A stretch of DNA of 64,000 bases from Pseudomonadota bacterium (GTDB lineage Bacteria; Pseudomonadota; Alphaproteobacteria; Acetobacterales; Acetobacteraceae): NCBI GenBank assembly GCA_021808315.1, contig JAKBBY010000001.1, positions 286-64,285 on the forward strand, given 5' to 3'. Shown here in pieces: positions 49,411 to 60,672 of this stretch; the stretch's first letter is position 1; every line of letters starts with the position of its first letter. The translations under genes were made by a program, and so were the position numbers. Under the pieces are notes generated by a model that had not been told where the DNA came from, did no database searches, and saw nothing but the letters and a program-made list of their open reading frames with translations.

Positions 49411-50033
49411 AGCGGCGCGTTGGGATTCTGATTTCGGGGCGTGGTTCCAATATGACCGCGCTGATCGATCACGCCGCCCAGCCGGATTATCCGGCTGAGA
49501 TTGCGCTGGTGGTTGCTAACCGCGCCGATGCGGCGGGTTTGTCAGCGGCAGCGCAGCGCGGGATTGCCACCCAGGTGATCGCGAGCCGCGATTTTGGTGC
49601 CAACCGCGCCGCGCACGAAGCCGCGCTTGATGCGGCCTTGCGTGCGGCGGGGTGCGAATTTTTGTGCCTTGCGGGCTATATGCGCCTGCTCACACCCTGG
49701 CTGGTGCAGCGCTGGTCGGGGCGGATGATCAATATTCATCCCTCGTTGCTGCCGGTGTTCCCCGGGCTTGATACGCACCAGCGCGCGTTGGCGGCGGGGG
49801 TTAAAATCCATGGTTGCACCGTGCATCTGGTCACCGATGGCATGGATGCCGGGCCGATTTTGGCGCAGGCGGCTGTGCCGGTGCTGCCCCATGATAACGA
49901 ATCAACCCTCGCCGCTCGGGTTTTGGTGCAGGAACACCTTCTCTATCCGGCGGCCTTAGCGGCGCTGATCACCGGCATGTCGGTCCCGGCACCGGCTGAG
50001 AGCGGACTGGTAAACCCTTGCATTTCCGGCTAA
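49407..50033 (+). CDS. purN: Phosphoribosylglycinamide formyltransferase
   Basis: [34 protein letters not shown]. Confidence 0.97.
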   Translation: MKRRVGILISGRGSNMTALIDHAAQPDYPAEIALVVANRADAAGLSAAAQRGIATQVIASRDFGANRAAHEAALDAALRAAGCEFLCLAGYMRLLTPWLVQRWSGRMINIHPSLLPVFPGLDTHQRALAAGVKIHGCTVHLVTDGMDAGPILAQAAVPVLPHDNESTLAARVLVQEHLLYPAALAALITGMSVPAPAESGLVNPCISG

Positions 50034-50136
50034 TCCACCATAATCAATGGACAGTCACAATCTCGTGTGGCCTTATTTCAGGGCATAGCATGGTTTTTTG
50101 ACTCGACTAACCCGTTCCCAAGGAAAGTCTCGAAGG

Positions 50137-50316
50137 ATGTCGCAGGCGAATATGATGGCAAATATTGAAACCCATGAGACGGCGGCTTCGGCTGAAACGG
50201 ATCTGAATCAGGTGAGCCAAACCGGCTGGAACCGCTTTACCCGGTTCTTGACCATCACCGTGATTGCCGTGGTGGTGGTGATGTTGATTATCGGCGCCTT
50301 CACCGTCTGGAGCTAA
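50137..50316 (+). CDS. Small single-TM protein (aa3 cytochrome oxidase subunit IV-like)
   Basis: Acidic N-terminus, W.RF.RF, then one TM helix; family call tentative. Confidence 0.5.
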   Translation: MSQANMMANIETHETAASAETDLNQVSQTGWNRFTRFLTITVIAVVVVMLIIGAFTVWS

Positions 50317-51251
50317 CCGCCCAACGCCCAGTTCAAAATACCCTGCTGCGCAAATAAGCGATTTTCCGCTTCATCGAACACAACCGATTGCGGACCGTCA
50401 ATAACCGCCTCGGACACCTCCTCGTCGCGGTGAGCAGGCAAGCAATGCATGAAAATTGCATCCGGCGCAGCATGCGCCATCAATTTTTCATTCACCTGAT
50501 AAGGCGCCAATAGCGCGTGACGGGCGGCAATGTCGGTATCGCCCATACTTACCCAGGTATCGGTCACCACGCAGCGTGCGCCAGCGACCGCCTCTGATGG
50601 ATTTTCGGTCAGGAGAATTTCGGCACCTAGGCTGCGCGCCCAGCTCACCGCCTCTGTATCGGGGCGCAGCGACGCCGGGCACGCGAGGCGCAGCGAAAAC
50701 CCGAAACGCGCTGCGGCCTCAATCCAGCTTTTCGCCATATTATTGCCATCGCCAACCCACGCGATCACTTGCCCCGCAATCGGGCCGTGATGTTCCTCAA
50801 ATGTCATCACATCCGCCATCACCTGACAGGGATGCGACCGTTCGGTAAGCCCGTTAATCACCGGCACCGTGGCAAAAGCGGCCAGCTCGCGCAGTTTGGA
50901 TTCCCGGTCGGTCCGCAGCATGATCGCATCGACATAGCGCGATAACACCCGGGCCGTGTCCGCCACGGTTTCACCGCGACCAATTTGCATTTCATTGGAC
51001 GACAGCATTACCACATCGCCGCCAAGGCCGCGCATCGCCATTTCAAAACTGACGCGGGTGCGGGTTGAAGGCTTTTCAAAAATCAGCGCCAAAGCCCGCC
51101 CCGCGAGTGGGCGCGACGCACCGCGCCCAGCGCGTTTGAACCGCACCGCATGGTCCAAAATTTGCCGGAGTATCGGCGTTTCGATCATGGAAAGATCGAG
51201 AAAATGGCGCAGCGGCGCGGCTTTCATGCCCGATTCAATGGCGGCGCTCAC
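50313..51251 (-). CDS. argF: Ornithine carbamoyltransferase
   Basis: [23 protein letters not shown]. Confidence 0.97.
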   Translation of the reverse strand: MSAAIESGMKAAPLRHFLDLSMIETPILRQILDHAVRFKRAGRGASRPLAGRALALIFEKPSTRTRVSFEMAMRGLGGDVVMLSSNEMQIGRGETVADTARVLSRYVDAIMLRTDRESKLRELAAFATVPVINGLTERSHPCQVMADVMTFEEHHGPIAGQVIAWVGDGNNMAKSWIEAAARFGFSLRLACPASLRPDTEAVSWARSLGAEILLTENPSEAVAGARCVVTDTWVSMGDTDIAARHALLAPYQVNEKLMAHAAPDAIFMHCLPAHRDEEVSEAVIDGPQSVVFDEAENRLFAQQGILNWALGG

Positions 51252-52468
51252 TTTGCGGGGACCTTCGCGGTCATCCGGGTGGCGGCGGGAGCCATTGCCG
51301 GGCGGCAGCGTTTGGCGGCGGCATGGAGGCGAGCCACAGCCTCATCGCATTCGGCGTCGCTAATAATCAGCGGCGGCACCAAACGGATTACGTTCTCGCC
51401 GGCAGCGACCACCAGCAACCCTTCGGTCAGGCAGGCACTTTGCACCTCGGTATTGGGCACGGCGCATACCAGCCCGAGCATCAATCCCTGCCCGCGAACG
51501 GCAGAAAATACAGTTGGCTCGGCGGCGACGAGCCGTTCAAGCTGAGCGCGCAGCCGTGCCCCGGTTGCACGCAGCTGATCCAGAAATCCGGGCGCGAGCA
51601 CCACATCCAGCACCGCATTGCCTGCCGCACAGGCGAGCGGGCTGCCACCATAGGTCGTGCCGTGGGTGCCGGGCACCAGATGTTGGGCAACACGTTCATT
51701 GGCGAGCAAGGCACCGAGCGGAAACCCGCCGCCAATGCCTTTGGCGGTGCTCACCGCATCGGGTGTCACCTCGGCCCATTCATGGGCGAATAATCTGCCG
51801 GTGCGGCCCATGCCGCATTGCACTTCATCAAAACCAAGCAGCAGCGAAAACTCATCGGCGGCGGCGCGCAGGCCGCGCAAATACTCAATCTGCGCCGGGC
51901 GGATGCCGCCTTCACCCTGGATCGGCTCGACCAAAATGCCTGCCGTTTCCGGCGTGATCGCGGCGCGCAGCGCGTTCAAATTATTGAACGGCACATGGTC
52001 GAACCCCTCGACCGCCGGGCCAAACCCAGCCAGATATTTGGCATTGCCGGTGGCGCTGATCATCGCCAAGGTGCGCCCATGAAACGCGCCATCCGCGCAA
52101 ATAATCCGGTAGCGTTCGGGCTTGCCCTCATCCGCCATGGTTTTGCGAAACGCCTTGACCAAAGCCTCATTGGCCTCGGCACCGGAATTACAAAAAAATA
52201 CGCTATCGGCGAAACTCGCTGCGGTCAGCCGTTCGGCGAGCTGCTCGGCCTGCGGCACGCGATAAAGGTTCGAGACATGCATGACCCGCGCCGCCTGCTC
52301 GGCGATGGCACGGGTGAGACCCGGATGGCCGTGGCCGAGTGACGAGGTGGCGATGCCTGCACCGAAATCGAGGAATCGTCGGCCATCACGCGCAAACAAC
52401 CATGCCCCTTCGCCATGGTCGAACGCAATGTCCATCCGATTGTAATTCGGCATCAAAGCAGGGATCAT
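51248..52468 (-). CDS. argD: Acetylornithine aminotransferase
   Basis: [46 protein letters not shown]. Confidence 0.95.
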   Translation of the reverse strand: MIPALMPNYNRMDIAFDHGEGAWLFARDGRRFLDFGAGIATSSLGHGHPGLTRAIAEQAARVMHVSNLYRVPQAEQLAERLTAASFADSVFFCNSGAEANEALVKAFRKTMADEGKPERYRIICADGAFHGRTLAMISATGNAKYLAGFGPAVEGFDHVPFNNLNALRAAITPETAGILVEPIQGEGGIRPAQIEYLRGLRAAADEFSLLLGFDEVQCGMGRTGRLFAHEWAEVTPDAVSTAKGIGGGFPLGALLANERVAQHLVPGTHGTTYGGSPLACAAGNAVLDVVLAPGFLDQLRATGARLRAQLERLVAAEPTVFSAVRGQGLMLGLVCAVPNTEVQSACLTEGLLVVAAGENVIRLVPPLIISDAECDEAVARLHAAAKRCRPAMAPAATRMTAKVPAK

Positions 52469-52752
52469 TTTTGGTCACTTTCTTTCGCAGACCATCTAAT
52501 GTGCGAACCCCAAGTGCCAAGTCAAACAAGAAATTTCGCCTGCGCCGCCGAATCGCCCCAAAATCTGCGGTGGCTGGGTTGCGAAATGCGAGGGGCAGGC
52601 TCAGCAAATGCCGCGCGAGCCGGTGCGCGGAGCGTACCCTGGTCTGCCGCGCGGCACCATGGACGCCATAATCAATGATGCAGGCTGGTCTTCGCCAAAC
52701 AGGGCCAGGAACAACGCGGCGATTATGGCCTGCCAGCGATGATCAAGCCGCG

Positions 52753-52881
52753 TCACCGGCAGCGATAAGGATGATAATAACAAAAGCCCGGACGCGCGGG
52801 CACCACCACGCAGCCGGACAGGGTGATGCCAATCCCGATGATCAGAACCGTCGCGCCAATGCCTCGCCAGCGTTTCGCCAT
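52753..52881 (-). CDS. 42-aa lipoprotein (not in ORF track)
   Basis: AAGGAGG SD, then MAKRWRGIGATVLIIGIGITLSGC-VVVPARPGFCYYHPYRCR*; lipobox LSGC. Confidence 0.8.
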   Translation of the reverse strand: MAKRWRGIGATVLIIGIGITLSGCVVVPARPGFCYYHPYRCR

Positions 52882-52980
52882 GAATAACCTCCTTGGTTGG
52901 AGCGGAACCATAGCGGCGTGATCGTAATTATCGGATGTCGCACCGTCTCCAAATGTAACCCGTCACATGATCGGCCAAAA

Positions 52981-53835
52981 TCAGTCCTTGAACACCACAG
53001 TCTTACTGCCGCTGATGAACACGCGCCGTTCGAGATGGTATAAAACAGCGCTGGCCAGCACCCGGCGCTCAATGTCGCGGCCTTTGCGCACCAGACTATC
53101 AGGCGTGTCACCGTGGGCGATGCGTTCGACATCCTGCTCAATAATCGGCCCCTCATCGAGCGCGCCGGTCACGTAATGGGCGGTCGCGCCGATCAGTTTC
53201 ACGCCGCGCGCGTAAGCCTGATGATAGGGCTTGGCACCCTTGAAGCCGGGCAGGAATGAGTGATGGATATTGATGCAGCGCCCGGCTAACTGCCCGGCGA
53301 GATCATCAGATAGCACTTGCATATACCGCGCGAGGATCACCAATTCAGTGAAGCTGGCCGCGAGCAGGCGGCTGATTTCGGCTTCCTGCTGGGGTTTGCT
53401 GTCACGGGTGATCGGCAAATAATGGAACGGAATGCCATCCAAATCGACATGGGCATAGGTCTCGCGCGGATGATTGGCAATCACGCCTGCGATGTCCATG
53501 GGTAATTCGCCAATCCGCTGGCGATAGATCAAATCCACCAGGCAATGATCGAAGCGCGACACCAATATCATGCTGCGCGGGCGGTGACTGATCGGGGTGA
53601 TCACCCAATCCATCGCGAAGCGTGCGGCGAGGGCCGCGAAATCATGCCGCACCATCGCCGCATCGGTGGCGGCGATCGGTGCGAACACCACCCGCATAAA
53701 AAATGTGCCACTGGCCGGATCGTCAAATTGCTGAGCTTGGCGAATATCCAGCCCGCGATCATATAAAAACATGCCAACGGCACCAACGATGCTGGGCCGG
53801 TTCGCGCAGGACAGCGTCAGGATTGACGGGGTCAT
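52981..53835 (-). CDS. purU: Formyltetrahydrofolate deformylase
   Basis: ACT-like N-terminus, [33 protein letters not shown]. Confidence 0.96.
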   Translation of the reverse strand: MTPSILTLSCANRPSIVGAVGMFLYDRGLDIRQAQQFDDPASGTFFMRVVFAPIAATDAAMVRHDFAALAARFAMDWVITPISHRPRSMILVSRFDHCLVDLIYRQRIGELPMDIAGVIANHPRETYAHVDLDGIPFHYLPITRDSKPQQEAEISRLLAASFTELVILARYMQVLSDDLAGQLAGRCINIHHSFLPGFKGAKPYHQAYARGVKLIGATAHYVTGALDEGPIIEQDVERIAHGDTPDSLVRKGRDIERRVLASAVLYHLERRVFISGSKTVVFKD

Positions 53836-54893
53836 GCGCCGCGCACCAAATCCCACCCGGTCTGTGCGACCTGAATGCACACCTCATGCATCCGGCTTGC
53901 CCGTTCATCCGCCGCATTGCCCGCCAGCGCCCGCGCATACACCCCCTCGACAATGGCGGCTGAGCGAAACAGTGAGAAGCCCATGAAAAATTTCCAATCG
54001 GGAATGTCGCTGCGCCCGGTGCGGGCGCAATAAAGCTCCAGCGCCTGTTGTTCGCTCATCAGCCCGAGGGCAGTGACATCAACACCTTGATAACCCGCCA
54101 TCGCCGGGCCGGAACCGGGCGGCAGGTGATAGGACATGCAGCAATAGGCCAAATCGGCGAGCGGATGGCCGAGGGTCGAAAGTTCCCAATCGAGCACGGC
54201 GAGAATGCGCGGCGCATCGGGGGCGATCATCATGTTGCCCAAGCGGAAATCGCCATGCACGATGGCGCTTTCATCGCGCTCGGGAATATGGTTCGTGAGC
54301 CAGTCAGTCAGAGCATCCATCGCGGGCAGAGTCTCGGTTTGCGAGGCTTGATATTGCTTGCTCCACCGCGCCATTTGCCGCGCCACATAATGATCGGGCC
54401 GACCATACTGACCAAGACCCCGGGCCGTGTAATCAAGCCTGTGCAAAGCGGCGATGGTTTCGATCAATTCACGCTGAACCGCGCCACGCTCAGCCGGGGT
54501 GAGGCCGGGCATCATCACATCATGAAACACCCGGCCCTCGATATGGGCCATGATATAAAATTCGGTGCCGATAATGCTGGTATCGGTGCAGAAATGCAGC
54601 ATCGGCGCCACGGGCACATCGGTTCCCGCCAAGGCGCTTTGGATCTGATATTCACGGTCGATCTGATGGGCGGAGGGCAGCAAATGGCCCGGCGGCTTTT
54701 TGCGCAGGACAAATTTTTGCGCATCGGTTTCGATCAGAAAGGTCGGGTTCGATTGCCCGCCCTGGAATTGGCGCAGCCGGGCGGGTTGCGCGAATCCGGG
54801 GCAATGCGCCGCCAAATACGCAAATAAACGCGGCTCATCGAGCCGGTGTTGGGGCAGAACCTCCACCAAAATTGGCTGCATCGACGCTTCCAT
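53832..54893 (-). CDS. APH-family phosphotransferase (ACAD10/11 kinase-like, LvaA-like)
   Basis: [46 protein letters not shown]. Confidence 0.9.
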   Translation of the reverse strand: MEASMQPILVEVLPQHRLDEPRLFAYLAAHCPGFAQPARLRQFQGGQSNPTFLIETDAQKFVLRKKPPGHLLPSAHQIDREYQIQSALAGTDVPVAPMLHFCTDTSIIGTEFYIMAHIEGRVFHDVMMPGLTPAERGAVQRELIETIAALHRLDYTARGLGQYGRPDHYVARQMARWSKQYQASQTETLPAMDALTDWLTNHIPERDESAIVHGDFRLGNMMIAPDAPRILAVLDWELSTLGHPLADLAYCCMSYHLPPGSGPAMAGYQGVDVTALGLMSEQQALELYCARTGRSDIPDWKFFMGFSLFRSAAIVEGVYARALAGNAADERASRMHEVCIQVAQTGWDLVRGA

Positions 54894-55180
54894 GCCGTCC
54901 CTCCTGAACCGCTCAGAGCATTCGAGATCGCTGCTGCAGTGTCAAGCAGCCGATCCAGCGTCTTGCGCCCGTTACACCGCAGCGCCTCCGGCATCGGCCC
55001 CTCTTGCATCGGCGCTTCACAAGTCGCACAGTCCTGTCAACCTAATGCGACACATGGCACCGATTACGTGGGGGCGTGACTTGGGCGCAGCAGGGGATTA
55101 AATGGCTAGAGCCGAGCGATTGAGGGGTCCGACCAGCAATGCGCGCCTCGTCCGCTTGAATTATTTGGGGAGAAGCAAGA

Positions 55181-56464
55181 ATGGAATTTCGTTATTCGGC
55201 CAAAACCGAGGCCCTGCGGGCCCGGGTGGCAGATTTTATGGCCGAGCATATCTACCCCAATGAGCAGGCGCTGTTTCAAGCCGCGCATCATCAGGCTGAT
55301 CGTTGGCAACCGTTGGAAAAGCTGGCCGAGATCAAGCAAAAAGCCAAGGCGGCTGGCTTGTGGAACCTGTTTTTGCCGGAATCCGAGCACGGCGCTGGCC
55401 TGACCAATGTGGAATATGCGCCGCTGGCTGAAATCATGGGGCGCAGCCCGTTTGGCCCCGAAATGTTTAATTGTTCCGCGCCGGATACCGGCAATATGGA
55501 AGTGCTGACGCGCTATGCGGCGGAGAAGCATAAAGAGCGCTGGCTAAAGCCGCTTCTCGCGGGCGAAATTCGCTCCGCCTTCGCGATGACCGAACCAAAT
55601 GTCGCATCGTCGGATGCCACCAATATCGAGACGCAAATTGTCCGCGATGGCGATGAATATGTCATTAATGGTCATAAATGGTGGGCCTCGGGCGCGCCCG
55701 ATCCGCGCTGCCGGATTTTGATCGTGATGGGCAAGTCGGACCCGACCAATCCGGACCGGCACAAGCAACAATCGATGATTTTGGTGCCATTCCCCCATCC
55801 GGGCGTGACGATGAAACGGGCCTTGCCGGTGTTCGGCGATGATGATGCGCCGCATGGCCATGCCGAAATGATTTTCGAGAATGTTCGGGTGCCGGCGGAT
55901 CATATTTTGCTCGGCGAAGGCCGTGGGTTCGAGATTGCCCAAGGCCGCCTCGGGCCGGGACGAATCCATCACTGCATGCGCTCTATCGGTGTCGCCGAAC
56001 GGGCGTTGGAGCGGATGATAAGGCGGCTGGAATCGCGCACGGCGTTCGGCAAACCGGTAGCCGAGCAGAGCGTGTGGCGCGAGCGGATCGCCGAGTCGCG
56101 GATCATGATCGATCAGGCGCGGCTGTTGACGCTGAAGGCGGCTCACATGATGGATACGGTTGGCAATAAAGAAGCCCGCGCCGAGATTGCCATGATCAAG
56201 GTGGTTGCGCCGAACGTCGCGTGTAAGGTCGTCGATTGGGCGATCCAGGCCTTTGGCGGCGGCGGTGTTGCCGATACCTGGCTATCGACCTCGTATGCCC
56301 ACCAGCGCACGCTGCGCCTCGCGGATGGTCCCGATGAGGTGCATCGCGATCAATTGGCGCGGATGGAGCAGCGTCGTCACCACAATACCGATCCGGCGCG
56401 CACGGGCGGTTACGCGGGGGTGATGATCGCCGATGGCCTGACCGCCCCCGGGCTGCCGCTCTGA
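55181..56464 (+). CDS. Acyl-CoA dehydrogenase (ACAD10/11- or LvaC-like)
   Basis: [49 protein letters not shown]. Confidence 0.92.
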   Translation: MEFRYSAKTEALRARVADFMAEHIYPNEQALFQAAHHQADRWQPLEKLAEIKQKAKAAGLWNLFLPESEHGAGLTNVEYAPLAEIMGRSPFGPEMFNCSAPDTGNMEVLTRYAAEKHKERWLKPLLAGEIRSAFAMTEPNVASSDATNIETQIVRDGDEYVINGHKWWASGAPDPRCRILIVMGKSDPTNPDRHKQQSMILVPFPHPGVTMKRALPVFGDDDAPHGHAEMIFENVRVPADHILLGEGRGFEIAQGRLGPGRIHHCMRSIGVAERALERMIRRLESRTAFGKPVAEQSVWRERIAESRIMIDQARLLTLKAAHMMDTVGNKEARAEIAMIKVVAPNVACKVVDWAIQAFGGGGVADTWLSTSYAHQRTLRLADGPDEVHRDQLARMEQRRHHNTDPARTGGYAGVMIADGLTAPGLPL

Positions 56465-57438
56465 TGCGCGCCATACGCTGCGAAGCCTGGGGCGGCCCGG
56501 AGACTTTGCTGCTGCGTGACCTGCCTGACCCGGTGGCCAAACCGGGTGAGGTGGTGATCAACATCCGCGCGGCGGGGGTGAATTTTCCGGATGTGCTGAT
56601 CATCCAGAAAAAATATCAGGTCCAACCGGCGCTGCCTTTTACGCCAGGGGCGGAAATCGCGGGCGAGGTCGAGGCGGTGGGCGAGGGCGTCACCGCTTTG
56701 GCGCCCGGTGATCGGGTTCTCGCCCTGTGTTCTACCGGCGGGTTCGCCGAGAAGATCGCGCTCGATGCGCGGCTGTGCATGAAGATCCCTGACGGGGTCG
56801 GTTTCGATGTCGCGGCCGGGTTCGCCTTGGCTTTTGGCACCTCCCACCATGCGGTGGTCGATCGCGGCGCGCTCAAACCCGGCGAGACCGTGCTGGTGCT
56901 GGGGGCTGCCGGCGGCGTCGGTTTGGCGGCGGTGGAAATTGCCAAAGCCAAGGGTGCGCGGGTGATCGCGGCGGCATCATCGGAGGCAAAATTGGCGATA
57001 TGCCGCGAACGCGGCGCCGATGCGGTGATTAACTACACGAGCGAGGATCTGCGCGGGGCGATCAAGACGCATACTGACGGCAAAGGCCCGGATATTATTT
57101 ATGATCCGGTCGGCGGCAAATTGGCCGAACCGGCCTTCCGGTCGATCGCGTGGCGGGGCCGGTATTTGGTGGTGGGGTTCGCCGATGGGGAAATTCCGGC
57201 TTTGCCGCTGAATTTGCCGTTGCTCAAAGGCGCTTCGCTGGTCGGGGTGTTTTGGGGTGAGTTCGCCCGACGCGAGCCGCATCATCAGGCGGCAATGATG
57301 CAGGATTTGTTCGCTATGCTGCTGAGCCAAAAAATCAGGCCGCTCATCTCGCGCAGCTACAAGCTCGCCGATACCGCCCAGGCGCTGCACGCGATGGCCG
57401 CACGGCAAGTCACTGGAAAGATTGTAATCACGCCATGA
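56464..57438 (+). CDS. NADPH:quinone oxidoreductase family (MDR)
   Basis: GVNFPD, PFTPG.E.AG, GAAGGVG, YDPVGG, VVGFA.G.IP. Confidence 0.9.
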   Translation: MRAIRCEAWGGPETLLLRDLPDPVAKPGEVVINIRAAGVNFPDVLIIQKKYQVQPALPFTPGAEIAGEVEAVGEGVTALAPGDRVLALCSTGGFAEKIALDARLCMKIPDGVGFDVAAGFALAFGTSHHAVVDRGALKPGETVLVLGAAGGVGLAAVEIAKAKGARVIAAASSEAKLAICRERGADAVINYTSEDLRGAIKTHTDGKGPDIIYDPVGGKLAEPAFRSIAWRGRYLVVGFADGEIPALPLNLPLLKGASLVGVFWGEFARREPHHQAAMMQDLFAMLLSQKIRPLISRSYKLADTAQALHAMAARQVTGKIVITP

Positions 57439-58322
57439 AAGAATTCAAAAATCGGGTTGCCGTGATCACCGGCGCGGGCAGCGGCTTTGGCCGTGAATTT
57501 GCCCGGATCGGTGCGGCGCGTGGCATGAAGCTCGCCCTGGCTGACATCGAGGCCAACGCACTGAGCGCGGTGGCGGATGAGTTGCGCGCGGCGGGGGCCG
57601 AGATTCTCACCGAGCGGCTCGATGTGAGCGACGGTGCGGCGATGGAGCGGTTCGCTGACGCGGTGTTTGCCCGGTTTGGCGCGGCGCATCTGGTGTTCAA
57701 CAATGCCGGGGTTGGGTCCGGCGGGTTGATTTGGGAAAACACAATCGCCGATTGGGAATGGGTGCTGGGGGTCAATTTATGGGGGGTGATCCATGGGGTG
57801 CGCTGCTTTGTGCCCCGGATGATTGCCGGCGGTGATGAGGGCCATATCGTCAATACCGCATCGGTGGCGGGGCTGCTCTCTGCGCAGACCATGGGCGTGT
57901 ATAATGTGTCGAAACATGGGGTTGTCACCTTGTCCGAAACCTTGTTTCAGGATTTGCGCATTGCCGGCTCGAAATTAGGGGTCACGGTGCTGTGCCCGGC
58001 CTTTGTCGATACCGGGATCAAGGATGCCGGGCGCAATCGGCCTGAGGCGCTGCGCAACACCGCACCACCCACCGCGAGCCAGATTGCCGCCGAGGCGCAA
58101 AGCCGCAAAGCAGTTACCTCGGGGCGGATCACCGCCGCCGAGGTTGCGGCAAAAACCTTCGCCGCGATTGAGGCGAATCAGTTTTATTGCCTCACCCATC
58201 AGCGGATCATGGGTGCGGTGCAGCAGCGGCTTGAGGATATCGTGCAGGGACAAAATCCGCGCGATCCCTTTGCCGCAAAGCAGGATGTGGCATTTACCGC
58301 GGCCTTGGATGGTCAATCATGA
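57435..58322 (+). CDS. Short-chain dehydrogenase/reductase
   Basis: TGAGSGFG, NNAGV, YNVSK. Confidence 0.92.
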   Translation: MKEFKNRVAVITGAGSGFGREFARIGAARGMKLALADIEANALSAVADELRAAGAEILTERLDVSDGAAMERFADAVFARFGAAHLVFNNAGVGSGGLIWENTIADWEWVLGVNLWGVIHGVRCFVPRMIAGGDEGHIVNTASVAGLLSAQTMGVYNVSKHGVVTLSETLFQDLRIAGSKLGVTVLCPAFVDTGIKDAGRNRPEALRNTAPPTASQIAAEAQSRKAVTSGRITAAEVAAKTFAAIEANQFYCLTHQRIMGAVQQRLEDIVQGQNPRDPFAAKQDVAFTAALDGQS

Positions 58323-58430
58323 TTGGCAGACGACCAAGCGCATATTGGCCGCAAAGCAGAAGCGAGGCGTGCAATGTCAAATCGAGAGCTTGAACGCGGT
58401 CGTCGTGAAAATTATTGGGCGGAGGTAGCC

Positions 58431-58811
58431 ATGGCCGATGCAGGATCATCTGCAACCGCAGTGATGCGGCCCGGTGCAGCAGCATCGGGAATTGAGCTTG
58501 ATGTGATGAAGAGCAGCGCCTCGGAGGCGGTGGAGTTCCTGCGCGGAATTGCCAATCCGCATCGGCTGATGATTTTGTGTCATCTGGCCCGAGGGGAACA
58601 TTCGGTCGGCACGTTGGAGCGGGAATTAGGCATCCGCCAAGCTCATCTCTCCCAGCAACTGGCCCGGCTGCGGCAAGACGGGCTGGTGCAGACGAGGCGG
58701 GATTCACGAACGATTTATTATTCAATCGGCACAGAGGCGGCGACCGAAGTGATCGCCCTGCTCTATCGGCTGTTTTGCGCCGGTGGCTCGCGGCCAGCGG
58801 GCAGCGAGTGA
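58431..58811 (+). CDS. ArsR/SmtB regulator, BigR/SqrR-like
   Basis: ANPHRLMILCHL, LSQQLA.LR..GLV.TRR....IYY, C-terminal LFC; SD GGAGG. Confidence 0.85.
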   Translation: MADAGSSATAVMRPGAAASGIELDVMKSSASEAVEFLRGIANPHRLMILCHLARGEHSVGTLERELGIRQAHLSQQLARLRQDGLVQTRRDSRTIYYSIGTEAATEVIALLYRLFCAGGSRPAGSE

Positions 58812-58940
58812 CGCTGCCGCACGCTTGACCGGCGGGCATTTTTTCGCCATGAGCAGCGCGGGACGTGCGCATTTCGGTGCGGCGCTCATTACCTGTTGTC
58901 CAGCTTCATGGTTGGACCAGACCATTTCAAGGGTTTTGCT

Positions 58941-59243
58941 ATGACACGGCGCTGCGAGATCACCGGCAAGAGCGTTCTTTCCGGCAACAATGTGAGCCAC
59001 GCGAACAACAAGACGCGTCGGCGGTTTTTGCCCAATCTGCAAGAATCGTCCTTGCAGTCTGAGGCGCTGGGCGTCTCGGTTCGGCTGCGGGTCACCCCGC
59101 GGGGCCTTTCGACCATCGAGCATAAAGGCGGCTTGGATGCGTTCCTGCTGACCACGCCGAGCCGGAAACTGACCGTTGAGGCGCAGTCATTGAAGCGCCG
59201 GGTCAATCGGGCGATTGCACGCAAAACCGTCGCGGCATCGTAA
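58941..59243 (+). CDS. rpmB: 50S ribosomal protein L28
   Basis: [32 protein letters not shown]. Confidence 0.97.
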   Translation: MTRRCEITGKSVLSGNNVSHANNKTRRRFLPNLQESSLQSEALGVSVRLRVTPRGLSTIEHKGGLDAFLLTTPSRKLTVEAQSLKRRVNRAIARKTVAAS

Positions 59244-59365
59244 GCCAATTTTTTCGGTCTTGCGTTGCAGCGGCGCGGGAAATGCCGCTAGACTCCGATT
59301 CGCGGCACTGGCGCCGCACTGCCGCCCGCCCCAACCGGGCGGCACGACAGAAGAGGAGATCCGCG

Positions 59366-59869
59366 ATGTCCGCCCTCGCCTCTGAGTTTTCCGATCGCAC
59401 CGCGAATCCGTTGGATATTGTCGAGCAGGTGATTGCCGGCAATGAGTGGGCTTTTGATCGGCGTAGCGATTGTGAGATCGCAGCCGAAGCTCCCGGTCGT
59501 TGGTGTGATTACGGTTTGTATTTTTCCTGGTCCCACGAAATTTCGGTGATGCATTTCTCCTGCACCTTCGATTTGAAGGCACCGGAGCGCCGCCGCCATG
59601 CGTTATTCGAATTGCTGGCCCGCGCAAATGAAAAGCTGTGGATCGGTCATTTCGGCATGGACCACGATGATGGCATGCCGGTATTTCGTCATTCCGTGTT
59701 GCTGCGCGGTGCTTCCACCGCCTCAGCCGAGAGTGTCGAGGACATGGTTGATATTGCCGTGAGCGAGTGCGAGCGGTTTTTCCCGGCGTTTCAATTTGTG
59801 CTGTGGGGCGGCAAATCGCCGGATGAGGCGCTGGCGGCGGCGATGTTGGAGTGCGTCGGCGAAGCATGA
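59366..59869 (+). CDS. YbjN domain protein
   Basis: NPLD.VEQ, NEKLWIGHF, ECERFFPAFQFV.W.GK; upstream of proC. Confidence 0.85.
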   Translation: MSALASEFSDRTANPLDIVEQVIAGNEWAFDRRSDCEIAAEAPGRWCDYGLYFSWSHEISVMHFSCTFDLKAPERRRHALFELLARANEKLWIGHFGMDHDDGMPVFRHSVLLRGASTASAESVEDMVDIAVSECERFFPAFQFVLWGGKSPDEALAAAMLECVGEA

Positions 59870-60672
59870 ACACGCTGCCAGCGTTGCTGTTGATTGGCGG
59901 CGGCAAAATGGGCTCGGCGCTGCTCGCCGGGTGGCGGGCGCGTGGTGTTGAGCGCGTGGTGGTGATTGACCCTGATCCCGCGTCCCGCGCTTTGGCCGAC
60001 CACGAGGTCACGGTTGTTGATACCTGCGCCGCAATCCCGGCAGAATTTGCTCCTGCTGCCATTATTCTCGCGGTGAAGCCGCAAATCGCCGCCGAAGCGT
60101 TGGCACCGCTCGCGGGCCGGATGGGCGATGCGGTGGTGATCTCGATCATGGCCGGCAAAACAATCGCCTGGCTCGCCGCGCAATGTGGCGCCGGAGCTGC
60201 CGTGCTGCGCGCCATGCCCAACACACCAGCCGCCGTGCGCCAGGGCGTCACTGTTGTTTGCGCCGGGGCAAATGTCCGCCCCGCGCAGCGCGCTTTGGCG
60301 GAAGCGCTACTCGGCTGCGTCGGGCTGGTCTCGTTCGTTGAGGATGAGACGCTGCTCGATCCCGTCACCGCTGTTTCCGGCAGCGGCCCAGCCTATGTGT
60401 TTTTGCTGGTCGAATTGCTGGAGCAAGCGGCAATCGCGCAAGGGATTTCGGCGGATTTAGCAGCGAGGCTCGCGCGCCAAACCGTGATTGGGGCGGGGGC
60501 ATTGCTCGCCGCGAGCGACCAGCCCGCCGAATCGCTGCGCAAGGCGGTGACCAGCAAAGGCGGCACCACCGAGCAGGCTTTGGCGGTGTTGATGGACCCG
60601 CGAGCTTGGCCCCGTGCCGTGAACGCGGCGATCGAAGCCGCAACACAGCGGTCGCGCACGCTATCCGGCTAA
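59866..60672 (+). CDS. proC: Pyrroline-5-carboxylate reductase
   Basis: GGGKMG, LAVKPQ, RAMPNTP, SGSGPAY, VTSKGGTT. Confidence 0.97.
   Translation: MNTLPALLLIGGGKMGSALLAGWRARGVERVVVIDPDPASRALADHEVTVVDTCAAIPAEFAPAAIILAVKPQIAAEALAPLAGRMGDAVVISIMAGKTIAWLAAQCGAGAAVLRAMPNTPAAVRQGVTVVCAGANVRPAQRALAEALLGCVGLVSFVEDETLLDPVTAVSGSGPAYVFLLVELLEQAAIAQGISADLAARLARQTVIGAGALLAASDQPAESLRKAVTSKGGTTEQALAVLMDPRAWPRAVNAAIEAATQRSRTLSG

Noticed and set aside
52601-52783. 60-aa minus-strand ORF from the track
   Set aside because: No SD and it overlaps the better-supported 42-aa lipoprotein in another frame.
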